Positions 31,683 through 42,343 are shown, counted from the stretch's first letter. The stretch is 64,000 nucleotides of DNA from Candidatus Brocadiia bacterium (GCA_046538485.1 JBKHIT010000012.1:1-64000); one strand, 5' to 3'. A program made the numbers and translations. The notes: generated from the sequence alone by a model not told the origin.

Positions 31683-31793
31683 AATTCAGCATCACTCACA
31701 GGAAACATATCTACATATTGAGATATCGAGTCGGCCCCCACTCTAACTGAACCCACTCTGGTTAGCAGAGAAACTGGATCAGAATATCCACTT

Positions 31794-33650
31794 CTACTCG
31801 GTCCGGGATGGGCCATAGAGCTTATGCCAGCGACCGAATGTGATCAGGCAGCGCAGCGGAGCGACATGATTCTTTTTCCGGCTCATATGTTCTTCCACCA
31901 TTTGCTTTGCTCGATCAATATCAATGATGTCAGGCGGAAACGATTCCTCGTCCGCCAGCATCTCCGTCAACAATCGCCGAAACGCAGGGGTGCGGAGCTC
32001 TTCGGACCTGTCCGGCCACCCCATATTGCGCCACGTCACAGGAATCAGTCCCAGTTTTCTCCGCAGGCTCAAAGAAGCTTCCTCCACCGCCCTGAACATC
32101 CAACCTATGAACGCCGGAACGTCCGGTCGAAACCCCGTGTTAGAATCGGGTATGGCAAACAACCGTCCGTCGAGCAATCGGAGGGCCTGTCGCAGCAGAC
32201 GACCATCCATTCTCTGACTCAACGGCAGTGCAAACGCAAACTCCCATAAGTCGCTATCAAAGCTCAAGGCCCCGTATTCAACGGCCTTGCGCACGCTGCG
32301 CAAACCTGAAAGAGTCCGTCCGTAAGCCGCCAATCCACTCACATGCTCCACCAGGTGATAGGGATCATCCGTGCCGGCATCTTTTATCTGCTCACCGATG
32401 CCTGCCAGAATTGCGTCGTAATAACGCCCACGAAACGGTTCACGAAATAAAAGCCACGGCCGGGCACCGAAGGTGCTCTTCAGACTCCCGTGAAGGATCT
32501 GCTCTTCAATGTTGCGCCGACTGAATGTCGCGCGAGCCGGTAACGGAATCCGCAATCCCCTGGGACGGACAAAAGCCCCCCAATAATAGCCCCTAAAAAG
32601 CGGGTCCATCGCATCTTCGTTCAATACAAGGTCGCAATCTTCCGAAATAATGTCGAGAAAACCCGGGAAATGGCAGGTGTCAAAACGTTCCATCCCGCCC
32701 GTGAGTTCAATCGCTTCATCCAGAATCGAAGAATAGTAATCGGCCGGGCGGCGGATAAACGTATGCTCCCCCCCCCCACCCGCCGCCACGCGCCGGGCCA
32801 GTCGGACTTCGCGGCAGTTCCAGTCGGCCACAGTGTAAGCCGAAAGAGGCGTCTGGCAGGCGGCCACAACCAATCGGGAATCCAGACCACCACTTAACAA
32901 CAATCCCGTGTTCCGCCACCGAGCGGTAATCCTTTCAGCCGCGCGGCGAAGGAGATGAGCCAGTTTCTCCGCCCGATCTGTCTCCGACTGTTCGTAAGAC
33001 CCGTATGGAATTCGCCAGTACTTCCGGAGGTTCAGATGCCCGCCCCTGAACTCCAGGACAGACGCCGGCTTCATACACCGTATTTCTTTCAAAAGGGTGT
33101 GGCGAAACTGCACGTGCTGGAATGTCAACAACTGGGCAAGAGCTGTCATGTCCAATTGCCGATTCTCCAGCGCGGGAGATACCGCAAGCGCATTAAACCG
33201 TGAACCAAAAAGCAAACCAGCGGAGGTTTCAGCATAAAACATGGGACGCGACAGTATCCGATCCGTTACAAGCAAGAAACTTCGCGCGGCCGAATCGTAT
33301 ATGGCTATTGAGTAGGAACCGTTCAACGACGGAAAACAGCCCTCCCCTTCCTGTTCGTAAAGGTGTAAAAGGTGTTCGGCATCATTTTTCTCCTGGCAAT
33401 CCGCAGTTTTATCCGGATCTTCGGGCAACAGATAACCATCGAGGTATACACATAAGGCGCCGTTTTCGCTTCGAGCTGGCTGGAGGCCATTGTCAGGTTT
33501 CCCGTGATGAAAATGCAGTACTCCAACTCCGGCTTCTTCGGACCTGTCACATTGAAAGCTGCAACTTTCAGCAATATGGTTCTCCATTGTGTCAAGAACC
33601 CGCCTGGTCGTTTGCGAGTCAGCGCCGGCTATACCCATCAGTTCGGCCAT
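31794..33650 (-). CDS. Asparagine synthetase B-like amide ligase lacking the N-terminal catalytic Cys
   Basis: LNGSY, TDRILSRPMFY, LLSGGLDSR; starts MAELMGIAG rather than MCGI. Confidence 0.85.
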   Translation of the reverse strand: MAELMGIAGADSQTTRRVLDTMENHIAESCSFQCDRSEEAGVGVLHFHHGKPDNGLQPARSENGALCVYLDGYLLPEDPDKTADCQEKNDAEHLLHLYEQEGEGCFPSLNGSYSIAIYDSAARSFLLVTDRILSRPMFYAETSAGLLFGSRFNALAVSPALENRQLDMTALAQLLTFQHVQFRHTLLKEIRCMKPASVLEFRGGHLNLRKYWRIPYGSYEQSETDRAEKLAHLLRRAAERITARWRNTGLLLSGGLDSRLVVAACQTPLSAYTVADWNCREVRLARRVAAGGGGEHTFIRRPADYYSSILDEAIELTGGMERFDTCHFPGFLDIISEDCDLVLNEDAMDPLFRGYYWGAFVRPRGLRIPLPARATFSRRNIEEQILHGSLKSTFGARPWLLFREPFRGRYYDAILAGIGEQIKDAGTDDPYHLVEHVSGLAAYGRTLSGLRSVRKAVEYGALSFDSDLWEFAFALPLSQRMDGRLLRQALRLLDGRLFAIPDSNTGFRPDVPAFIGWMFRAVEEASLSLRRKLGLIPVTWRNMGWPDRSEELRTPAFRRLLTEMLADEESFPPDIIDIDRAKQMVEEHMSRKKNHVAPLRCLITFGRWHKLYGPSRTE

Positions 33651-33736
33651 CGTCGGTCCTCTTTCTCAGTGTCTCCAAAAGCAAATAAACCCATCTTTTG
33701 CTCGCAAACGATAAAACCTGCCCGCCGTATCGTCCG

Positions 33737-34786
33737 TCAGCAACTGGACATCTTGTCTGCTAAAGTTTTCCCCGTTGCCACCTTTTCAATCATAGCCGTC
33801 ACGTCAATCTTCTCGGACAAAAGGTTCTCGCGCCGGTCCGTGTAGGTCCGAGAGCCCACACACCTGAGAGCCTCCTTCGCCGCATACAACGCATCGTCAA
33901 ACTGAGGAGGACGAAAATTATACACAAGCCCATATGAATCTTCCTGCTCATGCAAATAGCCCATCTGAAGGGGATTGACATATACTGCCGGCACCCCCAG
34001 TACTGCCGCCTCAGAACTCATGGTCCCACTTTCGCCAAAAACAAGACTGGAAAAAGCAATTACATCGTGAATCTGTGAAAGGGCCGTCGGCAAAAGCAGA
34101 GGTTTGAAATCGGGGGGGACCTCACCTTCGATGGATAGAAACACCCGGGCTTCCTTACGAAGCTCCTCGATCGCTCTGCGTTTCTGCGAATCTCTAAGGC
34201 CCTCATACCCGGCGTCGTGGGCAGCTCCCCAGCTCACAAACCGCAAAAGAACGTACTGTTCGTCCTTCCCGACATTCAGATCGTTCAACACAGAGGGATC
34301 GGGCGTAAAATAATTGGGATGCAAATAGGCCAAAGTGTGATAGCCGGGATAGCATCTGTACCGCCAGCGAATGGGTTTATTATAACATTCAGGAATGTGA
34401 ATACACGTCGCAAAAGGATAGGCCAGCATATTCGAAAGCGTGGCATGTTCGGTATCATAAAAAACGTGCGTCGGAGTACCGGTCAGGAACCCGATCAGGC
34501 TGACGCAGGTCCCTGCTCCAGCCAGCATCCGGTCCGGTTTCCAGCGGCGCACAATTTTCCACAACTTCCACCAGCGATACAATAATTCGCCTCCCAGATT
34601 GAACAACCCCGGCTTGGCGCGTCCGAAAATTTCCACTTGCAAATCATATTCTTCCGCAAGCATGACAAGTATATCCTTGTCACGTCCCGTAAGTTTCACG
34701 GCGTGGCCCTGCCCCCGTAATCGTTCTATCACATTGCGGAAAAAGTGGACATGAGCCGGATGTTGGAAGTCGATGAGTACTTTCAT
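33737..34786 (-). CDS. DUF354 domain protein (paralog)
   Basis: IDFQHPAHVHFF, YDTEHA, ESGTMSSEAAVLGVP. Confidence 0.88.
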   Translation of the reverse strand: MKVLIDFQHPAHVHFFRNVIERLRGQGHAVKLTGRDKDILVMLAEEYDLQVEIFGRAKPGLFNLGGELLYRWWKLWKIVRRWKPDRMLAGAGTCVSLIGFLTGTPTHVFYDTEHATLSNMLAYPFATCIHIPECYNKPIRWRYRCYPGYHTLAYLHPNYFTPDPSVLNDLNVGKDEQYVLLRFVSWGAAHDAGYEGLRDSQKRRAIEELRKEARVFLSIEGEVPPDFKPLLLPTALSQIHDVIAFSSLVFGESGTMSSEAAVLGVPAVYVNPLQMGYLHEQEDSYGLVYNFRPPQFDDALYAAKEALRCVGSRTYTDRRENLLSEKIDVTAMIEKVATGKTLADKMSSC

Positions 34787-34808
34787 TGGGGTTTCAGAAG
34801 GCAACCAT

Positions 34809-35351
34809 TCAATTTTTGCTGGACGCTTGTGTTTTTTTGCCCGCAATAAATTCACGCGCCGCGTCAGTACTGTAGGCTCGGAATCCGCTTGCAGCATCCT
34901 CCACATATATACCCGCGCAACGGCTTACAACCCAAGAGCCAAAACGTTGCAATCGTTTTTTAATCCCTGGAAAATGGCCAATATCCTCGATCGGCCGCGC
35001 ACCGATCACAATCTCTGCCTCCCTGTCAAGAATCGGTTGCACAAGCTTCGGAATATCCTGACCGCAGTACTGGTTATCCCCGTCAGTGTTCACAATGATG
35101 CCAGCACCTGCCACAATGCAAGCTTCCAGCCCCATGGCCCACGCATTGGCAAGCCCTTTGTTAATCCCGAGATCAAGAATATGGTCAACCCCCTGCTCCC
35201 GGGCAACCTCGAGGGTGGAATCAGTACTCCCATCGTTAATCACCAGTGTCTCAATTTCATCAATCCCCGGGATTTTCTCTGGCAAGTCCGCAAAAGTTAC
35301 CGGAAGGGTTTTCTCCTCGTTATAACAGGGGATCTGTATGATCAGTTTCAT
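34809..35351 (-). pseudogene. GT2 (DPM1-like) glycosyltransferase, C-terminally truncated
   Basis: KLIIQIPCYNEE, INDGSTD, NTDGDNQY, SGFRAYS, then a stop at 180 aa. Confidence 0.65.
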
Positions 35352-35686
35352 TAAAGGTTCCCCTTACGACTGACTAATGGAGTAGGGTAACACAAGTTTA
35401 GCAACAGATACCGATCCTTTGCAAATACCGATGCACAAAGCGGACAGATAACAAAAAGTGCTTATTTCCCCTCTGTCACACCAAAATTTCCCGGTCGCGA
35501 TTGGTGAATTCTCTCCGCGCCTTATGACAACCGTTCGAGAAGAAGCAAAATATCGACTCTGCACCAACCTTTAGCCCGCAGCCTTGTGGAATGCGCCCCT
35601 TGCCAGATATCTGAAGAATTGTTATCCTCCATCTCCTGTGACCGTTATCACTAAAAAATTATTCCTTCAAAATATTGCGATACCCA

Positions 35687-38600
35687 ATGCATCAAGGAAA
35701 GATCTCTGCAGCGCTCTCGTTTCCTGCTCTTCAAGAATCTTTTTTGCGAAAAATAGAGAACGATCTGGGTGGCATAGACAGACCGATATGGGTAATATGC
35801 CCGACGAACCTTTTGCAACAACAGCTCCAACGTGCGCTCGCTCAAGCCACAGACGGGATTATGGGCGTGCGGTTTCTGACATTGCGGGATGCTGCTCGCC
35901 GGCTGGCTTACGAAAATCTCATAAAAACCAGGGGCATTCCACTTCCAAACGGCTCTGCTGAACTGGTAATAGAAAAGAGCCTGGGAAAACTATCAAACGA
36001 TTCATACTTCGGCTCTTTTCAAGAGTTCTCCGGCAGCGCACGGACGATCCACCGTTCTATTGGTCTGCTCCGGAACTGTTTGTGGACGCCGGAACGCCTC
36101 GCCAGAGCCGCCGAGCTTTGTCCCGAAAATAATCAGCACGCGCGTCAACGTCTGCAAGAACTCGCCCAGCTCTGGGAATCTTTCCGGTCTTTCAAAGAAG
36201 ACGCCGGTTTTTTTGATCAGGATGATCTTCTCTGGTATGGGGCTCACCCGCAACAAACTCGAGATCCCGATGAAGCCATTCCCGTCCTTCACATTTACGG
36301 TTTCTACGACCTTACGCCACTACAGGCCAGATTCGCAAGTCGGCTGACAGCAATTGCGCAGCGAACGACAGCTTATCTTCTCTACAGCGAGAGAAACGGC
36401 GATGTTCCCCGCGGCTTCCGATACGCCACTCCAACTGTGGACTTCTTTCGTAAACTGTTCGGCTCCCGGGAAATTGATTTCTGTGCTGAGGATTCCGACA
36501 AATGCGACCTCTCAACGCTCAGGAAAAACCTTTTCCCGGACATTACGAAAAACAAATCGCCTGATGTCGATCACGAAACGCCCCCTGTCTTTGAGGCCGA
36601 TGGCTCGGTCCGACTCATACATTGTCCCGGCGAAACAGCCGAAGCTGAAGAAGTGTCCAGATCCATTCTCCGGATGTTCAAGAAGAAGCAAAATTGGACT
36701 GTCGGCATACTCACAAGAGATTCCAAAGAGACAGCCGTCGAATTCGAAGAGGCCCTTAACCGGGCCAGTCTCAGCTACTATATGAGCGAGGGCCGGCCCC
36801 TCATTGGCGGAAAGGCCGGTCGTATCGTGCTCGGTTTAATCGAACTCGCCAACGGAGAGGCCACCCGCTCCCAGGTACTGGAACTTCTATCGATCGCCGC
36901 CCTTGATCTTCCAGCCGGCCTTCACGCAACCGCTCTGGATAAAACATCCCGGAAAGCAGGTATCGTCCAGGGCTGGGAAACCTGGTCAGACCGATTCAAA
37001 GAATTTCAAGCGAAACAACTTCAGAAAGCAAACAGCGAGATCGAGGAGGAGAAAAAGCAATCGCTGCAGCGAGAAGCCGAACTTGCTTCTGTTGCAGCAG
37101 AATTTCTGGACTCCTTTCTCGAAGACGTACGGAAGTTAAATAATATCTCAGATTGGGATACGTTGTCCGAACACCTGGCAAATCTTACACGGCGTTGCGT
37201 CGCACCGGACACAGAAGCCCGGCTTGAAATCTTAAAAAGTGTCCGAGAGCTGGCTTGTCTCGATAGCACGGATGTGCCCGCGGATCTTCTAAAAGCACGC
37301 AGAGCGCTCCAACAAAATCTCTCCCAAAAAAACCGCCGTAACGCCCGTTTCCAGCACAGTTCCGTAACTTTTACAAGTATCATGGGATCGCGAGGAACAA
37401 TCCACGATATTGTGATCGTCCCCCGGATGGTGGAGAAAAGTTTCCCGCGACAGATACCTGCCGATGCCATACTCGACGACTTTCTCCGCCGCACAATGAA
37501 CAGGCTGGCGGGTAAGTGCGAGGCTGGATCGTTGCCTCTGCGCGAGGAAAGAGCAAAAGAAGAAAGGTACCTGTTCCGAATTGCACTTGGATGCGCACGG
37601 CGTGGGGTCATTCTCTCATGGCCCCGTATCGAATCATACACCGGCCGCCCCCGTATTGAGTCAAGATTCATCGGGCAGAGTTGCGAGGCTATTCTGGGGC
37701 GTTCTGTGAAATCAGAATGGATTGCTGAAGGAAACCTGGGACAACTTGTCAAACGGGTCTGCATGGAAGCGCCCGGCCAGCCGGAAGATGGCCTTGACGT
37801 TTGGGAATATGATCGCCAGGTATATGAACTTGCCGACCAGGAGGAAGCTACAGCATACAGTTCCGCCATCTCCCAGCATTATGAACAGGCCAGTCGTATG
37901 GAATCTCACCGTTGGTCTCCTGAACAATTTGGGCGGTGGAGCGGGGCTCTAACTGATGGTGACACTTTGCATCAGGTAATGGAAAGCCACGCTCTATTTC
38001 ATCAGCAAATCAGCCCGACCCGTCTTGAAACCTACTCAAAGTGTCCATTCCGCTATTTCTTGAGGTACGTGCTCGGCGCCGAAGTTCTGGAAGTCCCGGA
38101 GGAAGAAACCGAAATTCCCGCTCTGGAATGGGGTTCACTCCTTCACGATCTCTATTGCGAGGTTTATCGCGATCACCTCGCCGGCACGCAGTTGCGCTCG
38201 CTCGATACCGCACAAATCGAAAAAATTGTTGCGAAGGCATCGGAGACACTGGACAAACTGGGAGCAGTCTACGCCCGGTCCCACCCGGCCGCATGGTCTG
38301 CAGCGAGATCCCGAGCCCTCACACAACTCAGACGTGTGATCACCTACGAAAGCGAAAACAATGTCGAGGCCCTGCCTCGCCGGTTCGAATTTGCGTTCCA
38401 AAAGGTTAATTTTGCCCTGGACCAGGATGGGAAAAAGACCATCACGTTGTACGGACGGGTCGATCGGATAGATCGGTTGAAAGGCGGTGGGCTGCAGGTA
38501 ATCGATTACAAAACGGGAAGCAAAAGAGGGTATCGCAAAAATTCTCTCGAAGGAGGAACTCAACTCCAACTTCCGCTGTACCTGCTTTGTACGTTAGAAA

Positions 38601-38917
38601 CCCTCCAGGAAAAAGAAGGGCGCGCCAAATATTTTTTCACCCGCGAGTTGAAATTCCTGGACGAGTTCACCGCAGAAAGTCTCACTGATAATATCGAAAA
38701 TCTGCGCCGAGTCGTGGAATTAATACTGGCCGGGGTGCGCGCGGGCGAATTTTTCCCCGTTCCCCGCGAAATTTTCCAGGGCAAGGGCAAATGCGACCGC
38801 TATTGCCCATTCCGCACAGTATGCGGGCCGGCGGGGGCAGAACTGGCCGAGATAAAATGGCAGGCCGGAGACCGACAGCAACAGAAACGCCTGCGGGAAC
38901 TCTGGCAAATCACCTGA
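35687..38917 (+). CDS. addB: AddB/RexB-like helicase-nuclease subunit (PD-(D/E)XK, Fe-S)
   Basis: YGFYDLTPLQ, SPTRLETYSKCPFRYF, GRVDRID, IDYKTG, LQLPLY, CDRYCPFRTVC. Confidence 0.8.
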   Translation: MHQGKISAALSFPALQESFLRKIENDLGGIDRPIWVICPTNLLQQQLQRALAQATDGIMGVRFLTLRDAARRLAYENLIKTRGIPLPNGSAELVIEKSLGKLSNDSYFGSFQEFSGSARTIHRSIGLLRNCLWTPERLARAAELCPENNQHARQRLQELAQLWESFRSFKEDAGFFDQDDLLWYGAHPQQTRDPDEAIPVLHIYGFYDLTPLQARFASRLTAIAQRTTAYLLYSERNGDVPRGFRYATPTVDFFRKLFGSREIDFCAEDSDKCDLSTLRKNLFPDITKNKSPDVDHETPPVFEADGSVRLIHCPGETAEAEEVSRSILRMFKKKQNWTVGILTRDSKETAVEFEEALNRASLSYYMSEGRPLIGGKAGRIVLGLIELANGEATRSQVLELLSIAALDLPAGLHATALDKTSRKAGIVQGWETWSDRFKEFQAKQLQKANSEIEEEKKQSLQREAELASVAAEFLDSFLEDVRKLNNISDWDTLSEHLANLTRRCVAPDTEARLEILKSVRELACLDSTDVPADLLKARRALQQNLSQKNRRNARFQHSSVTFTSIMGSRGTIHDIVIVPRMVEKSFPRQIPADAILDDFLRRTMNRLAGKCEAGSLPLREERAKEERYLFRIALGCARRGVILSWPRIESYTGRPRIESRFIGQSCEAILGRSVKSEWIAEGNLGQLVKRVCMEAPGQPEDGLDVWEYDRQVYELADQEEATAYSSAISQHYEQASRMESHRWSPEQFGRWSGALTDGDTLHQVMESHALFHQQISPTRLETYSKCPFRYFLRYVLGAEVLEVPEEETEIPALEWGSLLHDLYCEVYRDHLAGTQLRSLDTAQIEKIVAKASETLDKLGAVYARSHPAAWSAARSRALTQLRRVITYESENNVEALPRRFEFAFQKVNFALDQDGKKTITLYGRVDRIDRLKGGGLQVIDYKTGSKRGYRKNSLEGGTQLQLPLYLLCTLETLQEKEGRAKYFFTRELKFLDEFTAESLTDNIENLRRVVELILAGVRAGEFFPVPREIFQGKGKCDRYCPFRTVCGPAGAELAEIKWQAGDRQQQKRLRELWQIT

Positions 38918-38920
38918 GTT

Positions 38921-40030
38921 TCACTCCGGAGGATCGCCCCAATCCGGCACCTCCAGTAGTTCTCCTCCCGCGAGTGCACTTTTGTGAGCCATCAACCCCG
39001 GAGCCATAAAGCGCACCGCCTGCCAGACGTTGATCCGGGGCAAACGATCGTTGACAATAGAATCGACGAACTCGTGGACAAGATAGGCGTGAGAACCGCC
39101 ATGGCCACCCAGATCCTCAGCCAATTCGTCAGGAATCGGTTCCCGAAATGCTGTGGTATCCACTTCTTCGACCCCATCGGTCGTTAGCCAGCGCTGTCCG
39201 CCAAAATCTGACTCAAACGAACCTTCCGTGCCGTAGATGCGGAACGTTTCCTGACATGGTGTTGCCAGACGTCGCATCTCGGCATGTCGCATTGTTGCAC
39301 CGTTGCTCAACCGGTAAAGAGCTATCTCATCGCAGAATAAATTCCCGCTGAGAGTATCTTCTCGCCACCAATCGTCACCGGGATTTTGATAGCCCTGCGC
39401 GGAGACATGCGTGACATGAGCCCCCATTATTGAGAGAACACCACCGGTAGAATGAGTGGGATAAAACATCGGGATACCCCCGGTTTTATCGGGACCGAAT
39501 CGGTCCCCCCACCGATTTTTCGCCACGTCAACAAGTCCATGCGAAAGATCGTGGAAATACTCTCCCTCGGCGTACACAAAATTCCCGAATTCTCCCGCGG
39601 CAGCTTTCTGGCGACAAAACATTGTTTCCGGGCGGAAAAAGGTTGTCTCCCCAAACATATATTTCATGCCGGTCCGTTCAGCCGTTTCCACAAGCTTATC
39701 GCAGAGATCCAGTGCTTCATCCGGATTGTCGTGGGAATATACCGGAGGCACCGCGCTGTAAACGTGTTTCCCGGCTTCCATCGCCTGGATGCATTGTGGG
39801 CCGTGCAGCCAGTGCTGGGTTATGATGGAAAGAGCATCCAGATCGCTCTCACACACCGCCTCAAGACTGGGATAGGTCTCTTCAATACCAAATTGTTTGG
39901 CTTTCTGCGCCAGCCGTTCGGCGTTAAGATCACAAAGCGCCACGCGGTCCACCTGAGGGTGTTTCTGATACAATTCCACAAAAGCACTTCCAAAACTTCC
40001 GACTCCGACCATCCCGACGCTGATTCCCAT
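38921..40030 (-). CDS. Gfo/Idh/MocA family oxidoreductase
   Basis: VGVGSFG Rossmann motif, AMEAGKHVYSAVP, YPTHS, GHGGSH. Confidence 0.9.
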   Translation of the reverse strand: MGISVGMVGVGSFGSAFVELYQKHPQVDRVALCDLNAERLAQKAKQFGIEETYPSLEAVCESDLDALSIITQHWLHGPQCIQAMEAGKHVYSAVPPVYSHDNPDEALDLCDKLVETAERTGMKYMFGETTFFRPETMFCRQKAAAGEFGNFVYAEGEYFHDLSHGLVDVAKNRWGDRFGPDKTGGIPMFYPTHSTGGVLSIMGAHVTHVSAQGYQNPGDDWWREDTLSGNLFCDEIALYRLSNGATMRHAEMRRLATPCQETFRIYGTEGSFESDFGGQRWLTTDGVEEVDTTAFREPIPDELAEDLGGHGGSHAYLVHEFVDSIVNDRLPRINVWQAVRFMAPGLMAHKSALAGGELLEVPDWGDPPE

Positions 40031-40158
40031 CGTTCTTCCTCCGCAGTTTTGTTCCAGAAAGAGGGTAACCGGATTGATGTAGAGAATCCAATTCAACGTC
40101 GCCGAGCACATCCTGCGGTTCTGTCCCAGCACACAAAAACGGTTGACGAAAAACACCG

Positions 40159-40319
40159 GCTCCGCCTCGGCGATGCGGACCGACAGCTACCTGGTATTTT
40201 CCGGCGTTTGTCCGCCTCAAGTCCCCCTTCGTCCGCCTGAGCGGACTCAGCTGAACTCGAGTCTCGCGGTCCCGCGAGCGGACTGGACTTCAGCCGGAGA
40301 CTGGAGTTCAGAACGCGGT
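40159..40319 (+). repeat. Intergenic mosaic REP-like repeat, copy 1
   Basis: ~160 bp nearly identical to 48383-48543. Confidence 0.85.
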
Positions 40320-40596
40320 CGACAAACGGGGTTGTAAGCTTACAGAATCACTGACACTAAACGAGAAGTTCATATTACGACAACCTCTAAAGACTTTTCC
40401 GACGGAAACTTAAGGAATTTGCGTTTGATGCAATGGGAACAGCCCTCGGAATTTTCGCGAAATTCCTGACTACCAGAACTCGCAGGGAGGCACAGCGCAT
40501 ATTCCTTTCCCCGACCAGAGACGCTTGAAATATCGGGATCGGCGCGTTATAAGACAAAGTCCTGTGGAGTCCATTTAGATTCTGAAGGAGGACATC

Positions 40597-42318
40597 ATGC
40601 CAGAAGTTGAGAGATTATCGGTACCACGAGACACATCGGCGGAAGGCGTTACGTTCGGCGTGTGCGCGACAAGCGATCCGCGCGTTGATGAAGAGGCGAG
40701 AGAACGGGGCGTCAATATCATAAAGATGGTCGCTGACGTGGTCGCTGACGAAGTGAAAATGCCGGGTGGCGAACCCGTCGACGTCGTGTATTCGGATATG
40801 TTGATCGACGGCGAAAAACAGGCCGATATGGTGGCTAAACAGTTCCAGCGGGCCGGTGTCGACGCCATCATCTGCGCACCGGATACGTGGGCGTTCCCCC
40901 AGCTTACTCTGATCAGTCTGCTGAGCCATTTCCCCGAGGATATGCCGATTAACGTAACGTGCGGCAACAGCGGGCCCAAACCGGGTGTGGTCTACGCCCA
41001 TGCCGTCAACGGGGCCCTTGCGCAGAGCGGACGCCTGACGACGCTGAATATCGGGACCTGGCCCGATAAGGGTATGAAACCGAAAATGACGACTGAAACT
41101 GCGGACGATCTGATTGATTGGTGCTATGCGGCGCTGACATACGTCGGATTACAGGGCAGAAGGGTTGTGATATTCGGTCATGATTCCATGGGTATGGAAA
41201 CAGCCCTCCCCCATGTCATACCGACCCGAAATACGTTCAATCTGGAGATAACCCGCCTCGATATGAAACTCCTGGCCGACATGCTCCAAAAAGAATCCTA
41301 CGATCAAGACGAGCGTGATGCACTCCGCGCCTGGATCGACAAACTCGTCGGCGATGACCTTGAACTCCGGGATGAGGAGGACAGCGAACGGTTCAACCAG
41401 TCTCTGGCCATGTATCTTATTGTCCGCGACCTGATGGACGATCTGAACGCCGTCGGAGGCGGATTCATGAGCCAGCTGGAATGGGGTTCAGACCGTCGCG
41501 GTATTCCGCTGCCGGTAGCCGATGTCATGGAAAGTCTCTTCAATTCCACCTTCGATCACAACGGGCAGAAAGCGCCGATCCCCTACGCCACGGAAGCCGA
41601 TGTGCAGGGGCTGCTCACCATGTTGTTTATGACCTGGCTTTCAGGCGGCAACCCACCTCTATTCATGGATTTCCGTAAAGTCTGGGAACCGTGGGAGATC
41701 CAGAAACTGGCGGACAAAATGGACATTGAATACACAGGCGAGGAAATCTGGGCGGAACGAGGATTCGTCGATGGTGATAACAGCGGTTCGGCGAGTTTCA
41801 ACTGGGCGTCCAAACCCGGTCACGCCATTTCCACGTGCATGCGCAAAGTAAGCATGCCGCTGGCCGACGAGTTCTACTTTCCCGGCGGCGGGAACTCGGT
41901 CTTCTACGTCTCCCCCGGCGGGATCGAAGGAATTGCAGGCCGGCTGGCATTCAGCCAACTTTCGGGGATGTTCAGCCTGATTTGGGACGAAGCCCGGAGC
42001 GTTGACCTGCCAGACGGGCTGGCGCAAGCGGTCTGCGAAACTTCGACCGATACCTGGCCTCATACGTTTGTCACCCCGAAATACGCCAGCATGGTCGAGT
42101 ATAAACAGTATGCGCCAGCGAACCATTTCCACATGACCTGGGATCTTGCACCATCCCGGCTCCAGCACTGGATGGACCTTACAAACGTGCTTTCCTGCAC
42201 GCCGTGGAATGCCCGTCCGGACTGGGTAGAAGGCGTGGATCGGCCGCAACCGCTGCTCCACCTTCTGAACGGCGGAGAAGAAACGGCCAAACGCATGCGC
42301 GCCGGCCAGGATGAGTGA
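40597..42318 (+). CDS. fucI: L-fucose/D-arabinose isomerase family protein
   Basis: PGVVY, DSMGM, ATEAD, FMDFR, TWPHTF, ANH motifs; 573 aa. Confidence 0.75.
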   Translation: MPEVERLSVPRDTSAEGVTFGVCATSDPRVDEEARERGVNIIKMVADVVADEVKMPGGEPVDVVYSDMLIDGEKQADMVAKQFQRAGVDAIICAPDTWAFPQLTLISLLSHFPEDMPINVTCGNSGPKPGVVYAHAVNGALAQSGRLTTLNIGTWPDKGMKPKMTTETADDLIDWCYAALTYVGLQGRRVVIFGHDSMGMETALPHVIPTRNTFNLEITRLDMKLLADMLQKESYDQDERDALRAWIDKLVGDDLELRDEEDSERFNQSLAMYLIVRDLMDDLNAVGGGFMSQLEWGSDRRGIPLPVADVMESLFNSTFDHNGQKAPIPYATEADVQGLLTMLFMTWLSGGNPPLFMDFRKVWEPWEIQKLADKMDIEYTGEEIWAERGFVDGDNSGSASFNWASKPGHAISTCMRKVSMPLADEFYFPGGGNSVFYVSPGGIEGIAGRLAFSQLSGMFSLIWDEARSVDLPDGLAQAVCETSTDTWPHTFVTPKYASMVEYKQYAPANHFHMTWDLAPSRLQHWMDLTNVLSCTPWNARPDWVEGVDRPQPLLHLLNGGEETAKRMRAGQDE

Positions 42319-42343
42319 GCTGTCTGCAGACGTAAGATGCAGG

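Noticed and set aside
31682..33737. Lasso-peptide cluster suggested by the Cys-less Asn synthetase
   Set aside because: No precursor, PqqD/RRE or transglutaminase-like peptidase seen nearby; the context is glycan genes.
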